Part shown: in pieces, positions 27,304-36,162 of the stretch | Position numbering within the stretch: the stretch's first letter is position 1 | Layout of the letters: every line of letters begins with the position of its first letter | Translations under genes and position numbers: made by a program | The notes under the pieces: model-generated | The model's input: the letters and a program-made list of their open reading frames with translations, nothing else | Told to the model about the DNA's origin: nothing | Database searches by the model: none | Source of the DNA: a virus | Taxonomy: Duplodnaviria; Caudoviricetes | IMG/VR virus record: IMGVR_UViG_3300037440_000524 | Coordinates: 1-54,209 of that record | DNA length: 54,209 nt | Reading direction: 5' to 3' (one strand)

Positions 27304-28251
27304 CTAGATGTTGTCCATGTATCGGATCGCCGCGGCGTATCGAACGACCGCGCCACCACAGCGAGCGACCGCGGGGATCTCGAAGGCAAGTCCACGCTCC
27401 TGGGCGGGGCGAGGCGTGTACTCCATCGGGATGACCGAGCCGACCACCACCGGATCCTTGACGTATCCGATTGCGCGGTTGGACGGCCCGACCCCGGCTC
27501 CGTCCAGCTTGTGCCACGGGACCACCTCAGCGAGGCGCTGGTTGTTGCTGACCAGGTACGAGAGCGCGGTCTTGTCCGCGTTGTCGCCCATCGGAGCGGT
27601 GGCTAGGTGCGCGTACTCGAGGGAGGGCAGGACCACGGTCACGCGATCCGGCAGACCCTGCGCTTCCTTCAGCGCCGACCAGATGGTGTTGACCAGCAGA
27701 TTGACGTCGGCGACCATCTCTCGCGCGGTCGCGTTCGGGTTGCCGCCCGATAGCCACGTGGTACCACCGGCTGCCTTGGTCGTGGGAGTCACCGTTGAAA
27801 CCGACGCATGGTTGGCGAACCCAACCATGTTGTGCGCGGCATCGCCGAACGCGATCAGATTGTCGATCGCCTCCTCGATGGCGGTACGCGCAGCACGCGC
27901 CTTCTCGTCGGGCAGCCCGACTCCAGCCTCAGCCGCGGCCCGGATCTCGAAGAACCCGAAGTCGTAGCTCACGCCGAGCTCCTTGATGAGCGACGTGAAC
28001 TCGCTGCCGGTGGCGGTGACCTTCGGCAGGTCGTTGGTACCGTCGGCGATGATCTTCGCCTTACCGAACGTCTCGACCATTCGGTACGAGTAGGAGCGAG
28101 CATTCGGGCTGATGCCGGAGACCGGCGGCAGCAGCATCCGCCCCTTGAGGAGCGGCAGCTCGACCTTATACACACGAGAGTCGATGGACCGGAGTTGATC
28201 CCGGAAAAACATCGTCTCGGAGGCGTCCAGTCTGTCTTCGGGCTTGCCCAT
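27304..28251 (-). CDS. Major capsid protein (DUF2184-like)
   Basis: FFRDQLRSID, G.AKII...DLP.V, IAFGD, RCGG.VVRY; start MGKPED after SD GGGAG. Confidence 0.9.
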   Translation of the reverse strand: MGKPEDRLDASETMFFRDQLRSIDSRVYKVELPLLKGRMLLPPVSGISPNARSYSYRMVETFGKAKIIADGTNDLPKVTATGSEFTSLIKELGVSYDFGFFEIRAAAEAGVGLPDEKARAARTAIEEAIDNLIAFGDAAHNMVGFANHASVSTVTPTTKAAGGTTWLSGGNPNATAREMVADVNLLVNTIWSALKEAQGLPDRVTVVLPSLEYAHLATAPMGDNADKTALSYLVSNNQRLAEVVPWHKLDGAGVGPSNRAIGYVKDPVVVGSVIPMEYTPRPAQERGLAFEIPAVARCGGAVVRYAAAIRYMDNI

Positions 28252-28265
28252 GGTCGTTAGCTCCC

Positions 28266-28781
28266 TTAGTCCGCGGTAATGGTCATCGCGACCATGTCGA
28301 TCTCGAGCATCGTGAGCCCCTCGGCGGTAGTGGTCTTTGCCCACCGTGCGCCGTTGGTGATCTCGAAGGACTTCCCGCTGTCGGCGGTCTTGGTGAAGTT
28401 GCCGACGAGCTTCCCGGTATCAATGGTGTGGCGAACGTGGACTTCATCCCCGGGGGCGTTGCCAGTCTCACTGAAGACCCAAATCACGCCCTTGCGCATG
28501 ACACGCCCGGTGAACTTGGGCTTGAGCCCGGTGTCCCCGATGCTGAGTTCCGGGACATGCGGTCCGCCCTCGGTCGTGAGGATGCCGGCCAGATCTACCG
28601 GCGAGGCACCGGCGAGCATGAGCATCAGCTGCTCAGTAACGCCGTACTGCACCATGCGACCGAACGGGATCTCGGCAGTCGATTCCGCCGAGGTGAGAGA
28701 AACGAGATACTGCGGAGCCATGTCGGCCACGGAGCCAGCCGGCAGGGTCTGCGTCTGATTGTCGGAAATGACAGTCTGCAT
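28266..28781 (-). CDS. Head decoration/cement protein
   Basis: IPFGRMV, VMRKG.IWV; immediately upstream of the MCP. Confidence 0.75.
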   Translation of the reverse strand: MQTVISDNQTQTLPAGSVADMAPQYLVSLTSAESTAEIPFGRMVQYGVTEQLMLMLAGASPVDLAGILTTEGGPHVPELSIGDTGLKPKFTGRVMRKGVIWVFSETGNAPGDEVHVRHTIDTGKLVGNFTKTADSGKSFEITNGARWAKTTTAEGLTMLEIDMVAMTITAD

Positions 28782-28785
28782 GGCT

Positions 28786-29427
28786 CTAGCTCGCCTTCTT
28801 GTCGGGGGTCATCCAGGCAGTGCGCTGCCTCTCGAGGAAAGCCTCGCGGTCGTCCTTCTCATCGACACGCTCCGCCTTCTTCTCGGAGGCCTCACGCATC
28901 GACTCGCGCACCTCGTGCAGCTTCTCGGCGTTGCGCGCGTAGCCCTCGACCAGAGTGTCGAAGCGAGCGCGCACGTACTCGGCGCTCTTGGACTCGTCCA
29001 TCCGAGCACTGGTGATGTGCTCGATGGTCTTGACCATTAGCGCGCGGTCATCGAGGTCATCGAAGTCGGCGCGGCTACCGAGTACCGCCTCCGCGGGACG
29101 CTCGATGCCGAGGCGATCCTTGACCGCAGCGCGAATCTTCTCGGGGGAGAGAGCATCATTGCGCTCCTTCTCGAGACGAGCGACCTTGCCAGCGAGCGCC
29201 TTGACCTGCTCCTTGAGCCGCGCCGGCGACTCTTTGTCGTCGTTGCGCTCCTTCTCGAGCTCCTTGACCTGGTCGCGCAGGGTATCCCGCTCGCCCTCGG
29301 CCTTGTCAGCGCGCACCTTGGCCTCGGCAGACTCCGAGTCGGCGTTGTCTAGCCGGATCTGGAGCGCAGCCATCTGCGCGGTGAGGTCTTCGACGCGTTC
29401 GTCGTTCTTCTTGTCCTTCTCGGCCAT
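28786..29427 (-). CDS. Capsid scaffold (C-terminal half of DUF2213-type protein)
   Basis: Charged coiled coil; KSAEYVRARFD; own SD AGGAG. Confidence 0.75.
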   Translation of the reverse strand: MAEKDKKNDERVEDLTAQMAALQIRLDNADSESAEAKVRADKAEGERDTLRDQVKELEKERNDDKESPARLKEQVKALAGKVARLEKERNDALSPEKIRAAVKDRLGIERPAEAVLGSRADFDDLDDRALMVKTIEHITSARMDESKSAEYVRARFDTLVEGYARNAEKLHEVRESMREASEKKAERVDEKDDREAFLERQRTAWMTPDKKAS

Positions 29428-29428
29428 T

Positions 29429-30016
29429 TCAGACTCCTGCCGCCGCCATGGCGGTGAGGTAGTGGAGGACCCGCACCTCAGGTGCAGGCTGGATCTCGAT
29501 CTCCACGTGGCAGCCGCAGCCACCACCGGAGCAGTCAGTCCGAATCGAACAGCTGACGCCGCAGCGCGCGGCGCTCACGAGAGCGAGGTGGTCAACTCGG
29601 GTCTGCGTCTGGCGACCGGCAACGACCTCAGCCTCGTATCCGAGCGAGAGGTACTTCTGCCCCTGGCGCATCGCCAGGAGTCCCGTCTCGTTGACGTGCA
29701 TATCGACCTCGGCGTGATCGCCGCGGACATCGGCACGCTTGACCGAGCCGGCGGTCGGAGCACGGCCGCCCTTGCGCAACATGGTTGGCGGATGACCGAC
29801 CGTTAGCGGGCGACCAGGAAGCTGGCGAGCGATGCTCTGCAGCTCGTCGATGTCGCGACGTTCAGTGCCCCACGAATACTCGTGGTCGCCAATGCGCGCA
29901 GCTCGGCCCGACAAGATCGCGGTGCCGTCCGGCAGGAAACGCGGCCGCTCTAGCGCATCAGACAAGTCGATGCGCCACTGTCTCGACTCGTAGAGCGTCG
30001 AGCTGCTATCAGCCAA
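29429..30016 (-). CDS. Prohead protease-like DUF2213 domain protein
   Basis: ARIG..EY, PLTVGHP, LSLGY, VDHLALV.AARCG. Confidence 0.82.
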   Translation of the reverse strand: MADSSSTLYESRQWRIDLSDALERPRFLPDGTAILSGRAARIGDHEYSWGTERRDIDELQSIARQLPGRPLTVGHPPTMLRKGGRAPTAGSVKRADVRGDHAEVDMHVNETGLLAMRQGQKYLSLGYEAEVVAGRQTQTRVDHLALVSAARCGVSCSIRTDCSGGGCGCHVEIEIQPAPEVRVLHYLTAMAAAGV

Positions 30017-30461
30017 CGTAGCGCCCCCGGATTACGACGGTGGCCGCCGGAACGTTAGTGGTACCGCTCTCGGCACAGATGAAGGCCACCTGATGGGTAG
30101 CCGGGACGAGGTTGGCGTCCTCGTCAGTGATGACCTCGAAGAACTCGCCAACACCCGAGGAAAGACCGCCGCCCGGGTAGGTCGCGGCAGTGTCATCCTC
30201 AGTAGACCAGCCGGCGATCACTGTCTCGGGGGGAGACGACTCGTCCGGGTCGTAACTAATGAGACTCAGCTCGGCGAAGTTGGTGTCATCCGCCGCCAGG
30301 GTCCCGCCGGGCAGAAGCTGCACCGAATCGACACGGAATGGCCGGTCGGTCCGGAAGAACTCAGTCGTAACGGACCCGCCGTCGCTATTCGCCGCGACCG
30401 TAAACGGCCCAACGACAAACTCAGCCTGATAGAGCTCTTCGCGGTCGAGCGGCAGTCCCAT
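30009..30461 (-). CDS. Putative virion protein
   Basis: Acidic, beta-rich ORF leading the protease-capsid block. Confidence 0.6.
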   Translation of the reverse strand: MGLPLDREELYQAEFVVGPFTVAANSDGGSVTTEFFRTDRPFRVDSVQLLPGGTLAADDTNFAELSLISYDPDESSPPETVIAGWSTEDDTAATYPGGGLSSGVGEFFEVITDEDANLVPATHQVAFICAESGTTNVPAATVVIRGRYVG

Positions 30462-30507
30462 GCGACGAAGATGGGTGATTGGCTCGTAGTGGCAAAGAAC
30501 TCACGCA

Positions 30508-30572
30508 TACTCCAAAACGGATACTTGTCTGTTTGGAGTAGATTTACCTCCAGACATACGTATATTTGGAGG
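30508..30572. promoter_or_regulatory. Two related palindromes (operators) in a divergent AT-rich gap
   Basis: TACTCCAAA...TTTGGAGTA (30508-30540) and CCTCCAGACATAC/GTATATTTGGAGG (30547-30572). Confidence 0.7.
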
Positions 30573-30573
30573 C

Positions 30574-30738
30574 GTGGAAGACACCTCCTCCAAACGGTTC
30601 ATCAAGCTGCAGTTCCTGGTGAGCGAGGAAGAGCGCTCGAAGATCGTAGAGCAGGCAAGGAGAATGGGTATCTCCGTGGCCGACTTCATGCGGCTTCGAG
30701 CTCTCGGCTTTCGCTGCGAGTTAGAGCTCGCTCACTAG
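30574..30738 (+). CDS. Ribbon-helix-helix regulator (54 aa; not in ORF track)
   Basis: MEDTSSKRFIKLQFLVSEEERSKIVEQARRMGISVADFMRLRAL; SD GGAGG. Confidence 0.8.
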   Translation: MEDTSSKRFIKLQFLVSEEERSKIVEQARRMGISVADFMRLRALGFRCELELAH

Positions 30739-31055
30739 CGAATTACGTGTCGCTTGTCGTCGTAGCCGAAAGCCACGAGCGATCGGAACGCGACGCCTGC
30801 CTTGACGCAAGCCATGAGTCGATGCTGTCCGTTTCGCAGCACCCCATGCACGTCGATGAGAATGACTGCGACGCTCGGCCGCCACTCACCACGCTGCATC
30901 AGGAGCGCATACTTCTCGATGCGATCCTTCTTCGGCGGTCGATTCTTCGTGTTGGCTGCGAGGAGCTGATTCGCGCGCTCGGGCGTAATCGTCTCCCAGC
31001 ACAGCACAAGCCCGCCACCGAGGTCGAAGCGAGGGGTAGCGTCCGACAGGATCAT
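30735..31055 (-). CDS. ParB/Srx-like (DGQHR-type) domain protein, probably truncated
   Basis: ITPERA..LL..N..NR......Y...M..GEW...NGQHRL.A. Confidence 0.65.
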   Translation of the reverse strand: MILSDATPRFDLGGGLVLCWETITPERANQLLAANTKNRPPKKDRIEKYALLMQRGEWRPSVAVILIDVHGVLRNGQHRLMACVKAGVAFRSLVAFGYDDKRHVIR

Positions 31056-32677
31056 CGCCTCGGGCGCCTCAGATGCGGCATCGTCTTCCTCTGCCAGCGG
31101 TCCAGTTCCGAGTAGCTCAGGAGCGGGCCGGAGCTACACGAGTACGAGGGGACTAGTTCACCGGCCTCAACCGCATCGGCAATCTGGCTAGCGGTGACTC
31201 GCCCACCGAACATCCATCCGGCCGCGAACCCTGCCGTCATGACGCCACGGCGCAGCGCCTGCCGCTCGGTGTCGGCTATCGCCTCGACTGGGGATGGCTC
31301 ATCCGGGATGTCTGGCTCGTCCTCGCCTGCGGCCTGAGCCGAGCACGTTGCCGCGGCCAGCTGCCCCGACATCGACGCGACTGCCGGCACCGATACCGTG
31401 GACGAGACCGTGGCGGCATCCAGAGCTGCGATTACCGAGCCTGTCACCGGGGCTACGGCTCCAGCGGTAACGGTGGCGGCGTCGAGCGACACCGACAGCT
31501 CCGCCACCACCGGGGGATCGCCCGAGAAAGCCGTCGCGGCAACGGTCGCGCTGGCTAGCTCCACGTCCATTTCAGCCACAACCGGAAGCGCGCCGGAAGC
31601 GTCCAAAGTCGCGACGCTGAGCGCTACGGTGGCTGTGGCGGCTACCGGGGCGACCGCGCTGGCGTCAATCTGAGCCGCCGCCAACGTAGCGCTCAGCGTC
31701 GCCTCGTTCGGCGGATCCGCTGCCGAAGCCGCCGCTGATATGGACGCACCCGCCAGAGTTAACGCCAGGAGCCCATCCACCGGCGCCACGGCGGCCCCGG
31801 CGACGGTCGCGACGTCCAGGGTGCCTGCCAGCGAGGCAGCCACCGGAGCCGAGCCAGACGCCTCCAGCGTAGCGCCCGCTAGCGTCGCAATAAGCTCCGC
31901 CTCCACCGGAGGTTCCGCCTCAGTCCCCTCTCCTGCCGCGGCTACGGTCGCCGCAGCGAGATCAGCGGACAGGGACGAGGTTACCGGGACCTCAGCGGCA
32001 GCCGTAACGGTCGCGCTGCCTAGCCCCACCGCGAGAGACGCCACGATCGGCGACTCAGCAGATGCTGCGACGGTCGCCGCACCGAGCGTTGCTGACAGCG
32101 TCGCGGTCAGCGGCGGGTCGGTGACGGTCGCCGCGGCAGATAGCGACGCATCGTCCAGGGATGACGATAGCGTCCCATCGATGGCTGGGAGGCTCTCGCT
32201 GTACTCGGCATTCCACTCGACCGCGCCTACCTCGATACGCCTGCGGTTAGCGCCGCTACCGCTCGCGCCGCCGTTGGTCTGCTCAAGCCGGCACTCCACG
32301 CCCGCGCCGTCTACACCCGACAGAGACGACGCGTCCCACGTGCCGGACACGACCTCGCCCGTCGTGGTGGTGACGGTCCCGGTAGCGAGCTCGGCGACCT
32401 GGACTCCGGCCTCCCAGAGCTGCAGCGACCACGGCGTCGCGTTACCACCGCTGCTGTTCTTCCTGATCTGGACGCGGAACTCCTGCAACCCGCTGCCCGT
32501 CGTCGGATTCCCAGTGGGCGACGGGAAGCTCACTCGGCAGATCGTGTTGCCGTTCCCGCCGTCATGGACGAGCCATGCCCCGTCCGGGGAGTCCGGATCA
32601 TCATCGACGTCGGTAACGCTACCCGAGAGGTTCAGTTGCTCGAGTAGCGCGTCCGGTGCTAGGCGCTCAGCGGCCAC
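31052..32677 (-). CDS. Ala/Thr-rich repetitive putative head-fibre protein
   Basis: Repeating L.ATL.AATV.A.A units of about 25-30 aa after a globular N-terminus. Confidence 0.65.
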   Translation of the reverse strand: MAAERLAPDALLEQLNLSGSVTDVDDDPDSPDGAWLVHDGGNGNTICRVSFPSPTGNPTTGSGLQEFRVQIRKNSSGGNATPWSLQLWEAGVQVAELATGTVTTTTGEVVSGTWDASSLSGVDGAGVECRLEQTNGGASGSGANRRRIEVGAVEWNAEYSESLPAIDGTLSSSLDDASLSAAATVTDPPLTATLSATLGAATVAASAESPIVASLAVGLGSATVTAAAEVPVTSSLSADLAAATVAAAGEGTEAEPPVEAELIATLAGATLEASGSAPVAASLAGTLDVATVAGAAVAPVDGLLALTLAGASISAAASAADPPNEATLSATLAAAQIDASAVAPVAATATVALSVATLDASGALPVVAEMDVELASATVAATAFSGDPPVVAELSVSLDAATVTAGAVAPVTGSVIAALDAATVSSTVSVPAVASMSGQLAAATCSAQAAGEDEPDIPDEPSPVEAIADTERQALRRGVMTAGFAAGWMFGGRVTASQIADAVEAGELVPSYSCSSGPLLSYSELDRWQRKTMPHLRRPRR

Positions 32678-32685
32678 AGATCAGC

Positions 32686-33093
32686 TCAGGCGTTCCCGTC
32701 AGTGACGCTAAAAGAGGTCACCGTGAACTGCTGCGACTCGGCGAGCACCTCGTTATCAAGGATGAGGTCACCGCCGCCGCCCGTCTCAGAGCACGTTCCC
32801 TGCGCATGACAGGTAGTGCCGTCAGACGCGTAGAGACGCCAATGACCCGCGGTGCCGGCCGCGTCCGCAGAGGCGTCCTCCCACGTACCCGTCTTCGCCT
32901 TGCTGCCACTTGAGGCGGCTGCCATCCAGTCGGACGGCAAATCGAGAGTAGCCAGCACCGTGCCTGAGTCGCCTGAGGCGCAGCTGGCCGGCGGCGCCCC
33001 AGTGCGGATCTTCAGGATCGCGTCCGTGCCAATCGCGGTCTCGATGGCATCGAGACGAGCGTTTCTAACAGCAACAGATAGTTGTAGCGCCAT
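32686..33093 (-). CDS. Conserved phage virion protein
   Basis: RNARLDAI...LKIRTG..P.....GTVLA.L...A.A.GTAG.WR. Confidence 0.7.
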   Translation of the reverse strand: MALQLSVAVRNARLDAIETAIGTDAILKIRTGAPPASCASGDSGTVLATLDLPSDWMAAASSGSKAKTGTWEDASADAAGTAGHWRLYASDGTTCHAQGTCSETGGGGDLILDNEVLAESQQFTVTSFSVTDGNA

Positions 33094-33105
33094 GACATGT
33101 CTCCT

Positions 33106-33981
33106 TCAGAGTCCTTCGAGTAGCGAGCCCATATCGGGCTCGGCGGAACACCTGCAGCCAAAATCATCACCAGGATGCCCGACTCCGGGCGGGTCGTCCC
33201 AGCGAAACACCTTACCGTCAAGCTCGGCGTGGGACTCTCGAACACGACCGTCGTTGACAGTCCGTCTCGTGTACGAGTCAATCCCGAGCGCTGTCTGGCG
33301 GGCCTTGTTGATCTCCCCGTTCAGCGTCGCAATCTGGTCACGCGCGATGAACCGGGCACGCTTCTCGCCGATGCCCATCTTCGCCTGAACCTCGGCCGCC
33401 AGGTCCGCCGTGCTCGTCCCACGCGCGAGCCCACGCGTTACCGCCATCTCCACGTCCGAGACGATCTGCGCTGGCACGTCTTTGATGAGCGCGACGTTCT
33501 CGGAAACGAAGCCCTCCATCAGTGGAGCGATCCTGGCGTCGGCGCCGAATAGGTCCACGCCTACCGCCGCTCGAATCTGCTTGGCCAGCTGCTGGCTCTG
33601 GTGTCGCTGCGTCCGATCGGCAAACTCAGCTGCAAGCGACTCCACCGCAGCCGGACGAATCGCCTCTTCAAGCCTGAGACGCGCCTGCTCGATTAGTCCA
33701 CGAGCCCTCAGGCTCTCGCGGTCATCCATCCGGTCCGCGTCGCCACGCGCTACCCTGGCGCCCTCGACAAGCCCCGGTAGCTCCTGGAGTAGAGGCTCGA
33801 GCGCTTGGCGCACCTCAGCGACGATGGTCAGGAGTTGCCGCGCGTACTCGACCTCGATGAGCCTCGGGTGTACCTGCCGCGGCAGCCGGCGGCGGCGGCG
33901 TACCGGGCGTCCCAGGCTTCTCAGAATGCGGATCGTCGCTAGCGTCGCTGCCGCGCGGGCGTTGTCGTACCGCGTTCTCAC
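33106..33981 (-). CDS. Head morphogenesis protein (Mu gpF / SPP1 gp7-like)
   Basis: RARFIARDQ, D.RVRESH..LDGK.F.W..PP..HPG..GCRC. Confidence 0.92.
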   Translation of the reverse strand: MRTRYDNARAAATLATIRILRSLGRPVRRRRRLPRQVHPRLIEVEYARQLLTIVAEVRQALEPLLQELPGLVEGARVARGDADRMDDRESLRARGLIEQARLRLEEAIRPAAVESLAAEFADRTQRHQSQQLAKQIRAAVGVDLFGADARIAPLMEGFVSENVALIKDVPAQIVSDVEMAVTRGLARGTSTADLAAEVQAKMGIGEKRARFIARDQIATLNGEINKARQTALGIDSYTRRTVNDGRVRESHAELDGKVFRWDDPPGVGHPGDDFGCRCSAEPDMGSLLEGL

Positions 33982-34571
33982 GACACCTCCGCTACGAACA
34001 TCCGGCGGCTGCCGTCGCTCAGCCCTAGCGGGCGAACGGAGGCGAACCCCGCCTCTACCAGCTCAACGGCTGGATGAGACTTGCGATCGTTGCTCTCGAG
34101 GTATAGCGTTTTTCGACACAGCGACCGCAGCGTCCGATAGAACTTAGCTCGATCGTTAATGTACTGGTCCACCGCAGAGCACCAAACGATGTCCCATTTC
34201 CCGACCGGCGCCTGCGTGTTGAGATCCATCCGGTCAAAGCAGGCGTTCAGCCGCATCTCAATCGCGATATTCATGCACAGGGCAACCCGCTCAGCGTCAT
34301 ATTCGACGCCTGCCACCACAGCCCCGCGCCGAGCCAGCTCGAAACTCACGGCGCCCACGTTGCAGCCAACGTCGATCGCCGTCTTGCCGCTCAGATCCTT
34401 CGGTACACCAAATCGACGCAGTCGATCCATCGTGTCTCGCTTCGCCACCATGTCATCAAGCCCAGGCAGGGTGAAGCTGGTGTAGATGCGACGCGCGCCG
34501 TTCTGCCGCGGCCCCTTGCTCGGATTCGACAGGATGGAAATCCGCCGTCTGATGTCCTCGAACGAAGTCAC
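33978..34571 (-). CDS. Class I SAM-dependent methyltransferase
   Basis: DLSGKTAIDVGCNVG..SFELARRGA.V.GVE. Confidence 0.82.
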   Translation of the reverse strand: MTSFEDIRRRISILSNPSKGPRQNGARRIYTSFTLPGLDDMVAKRDTMDRLRRFGVPKDLSGKTAIDVGCNVGAVSFELARRGAVVAGVEYDAERVALCMNIAIEMRLNACFDRMDLNTQAPVGKWDIVWCSAVDQYINDRAKFYRTLRSLCRKTLYLESNDRKSHPAVELVEAGFASVRPLGLSDGSRRMFVAEVS

Positions 34572-34601
34572 TTCTCCTGCTCCTCCTCGGGGGGTGGCCG
34601 A

Positions 34602-36131
34602 TCAGGGTTCGCCATTCTCCACTCCTTCGCCTGCCTTGCTTTGCGACGCCTCCTCTCCTCCGTCATCTTCTCCGCCATCGGCGACAGTCCTTTCCTCGTC
34701 GTCACCCCCAGTAGTCGAAACGACGGGAGGTACCGTGGGCTGCAGTCTAGCGCGCTCCTCGAATGAAATGATCGTCTCGAAACTGTAGACGTCGCCGCCA
34801 AACCTAGAAGCGGCCACCTCCTCAGGCGAGAGCACCTGCATCTCGATATACGTCTTGTCCGTCTCAGCCTGGACGCGCCGCGCCTCAGCGATCTCCTTGT
34901 CGTCTGCCTGCCAGAGCGACTGCCACTCGATGGACCAGTGGTCAGGCTCTACACCACCGGTGGGGCCGTCCTTCGCCAGCATCAGGAGCTGAAACAAACG
35001 CTCCACCTGCGGCTTGGTGAAGCGCTGCTCCTCGGAGGCAAGGTCGTAGAAGCTCCGGGTATCCGCGTCACCGGTCGCGTTTAGTCCAGCCGGTGATCGC
35101 CCCATCAGGATGGTCACCGGGATTCCGGTATCGGCCGACACCATCTGCATCAGGCGGTCGATCGTCTCGGCGAACCCAGTCATCGGCGTGGTCTGCCACT
35201 GGAAGTCATCCTCTGCGTCGATCGGCATCATCTTGAGGACCGAGCGCATGAAGTCGAGAAGCTCGAGACGCGCCTTGATGAGCCCGTCCCCGTCCTCGGC
35301 CATCGCGCGCGCGAGATCCTTCATCTTGACGATTGCCTGCGCTGACTGCCCTAGCAGTGCAGCAGCCGACGCCGAGCCCTGCACCAGGTCACGCAGTCTC
35401 GAGCGCACCCGGGTCAGCACCGAGTCGCCACAGCCCTCACGAACGCCAGGCAGCGGCTCGTGCGTCACCCGAATACCGGGGAAGACGATGAGCCGGGATG
35501 CGTGGATGAGCATCTGCGGGTTGCCAGCACCGCGCCAGCCCAGCGGATGAAACAGCCAGACCTCGACCTCGCCGTCATCGTCGTATCGCCATGGCTGAAG
35601 CTCACGCGGCTCGATTACGCGCGATAGCTTCTCGATACTGAGAATTCGATCCTCGCGCAGCGGATCCGCCAGATCGAACGCGCCATCATTCATGAACGGG
35701 ATGATCGCGCTCAGTCCATACGCTCGCTCGTACTCCTTGGCGCGGATAAACTTGGCGTTCGCGCCCAGCTCATCCGCCTGCATGATGAGCTGCTCGGCCT
35801 GCTCCTTGTCCTCAAGCTTTACCTCGTAGCCCTCGCGAAACATGGTCCTCGGCAGGAGCTCGATGATCCGCGCGGCGATACCGTCCGACCGCCACATCTC
35901 CCTCGCCTCAACATCCGAGACCGCAAGCGTGCTCCAGCCAGCGTGCATCCGCTTGTCGCGCGACAAGCCGAGCCCGGTAGCGACATTGGTCAGGCCGTCA
36001 ATGCGCGGCGCCTTTTTGCGCTTGCCCCCCGGATTACCAGACACTCCAGGAGCAAATCTGCCGCCCTTCACCCTGCTAGAGCCCTGCTTTGGCGTGCTCA
36101 CCACCTCACGATGCACGTGCGAGGCGGGCAA
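34602..36131 (-). CDS. Portal protein (DUF1073-like)
   Basis: IHASRLIVF.G, GDSVL, IPVTILMGRSPAGLNATG..D...FYD. Confidence 0.92.
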   Translation of the reverse strand: MPASHVHREVVSTPKQGSSRVKGGRFAPGVSGNPGGKRKKAPRIDGLTNVATGLGLSRDKRMHAGWSTLAVSDVEAREMWRSDGIAARIIELLPRTMFREGYEVKLEDKEQAEQLIMQADELGANAKFIRAKEYERAYGLSAIIPFMNDGAFDLADPLREDRILSIEKLSRVIEPRELQPWRYDDDGEVEVWLFHPLGWRGAGNPQMLIHASRLIVFPGIRVTHEPLPGVREGCGDSVLTRVRSRLRDLVQGSASAAALLGQSAQAIVKMKDLARAMAEDGDGLIKARLELLDFMRSVLKMMPIDAEDDFQWQTTPMTGFAETIDRLMQMVSADTGIPVTILMGRSPAGLNATGDADTRSFYDLASEEQRFTKPQVERLFQLLMLAKDGPTGGVEPDHWSIEWQSLWQADDKEIAEARRVQAETDKTYIEMQVLSPEEVAASRFGGDVYSFETIISFEERARLQPTVPPVVSTTGGDDEERTVADGGEDDGGEEASQSKAGEGVENGEP

Positions 36132-36162
36132 TGCACGTGTCCGCGTATGCTCCGATTTGGAG

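Noticed and set aside
29429-29526. Programmed frameshift fusing protease and scaffold
   Set aside because: The frames overlap, but I see no slippery site and the scaffold has its own SD and ATG at 29427
30093-31115. 340-aa + strand ORF
   Set aside because: No motifs; overlaps three better-supported genes, including the RHH ORF in another frame
31740-32705. 321-aa + strand ORF
   Set aside because: Antisense shadow of the Ala-rich repeat protein
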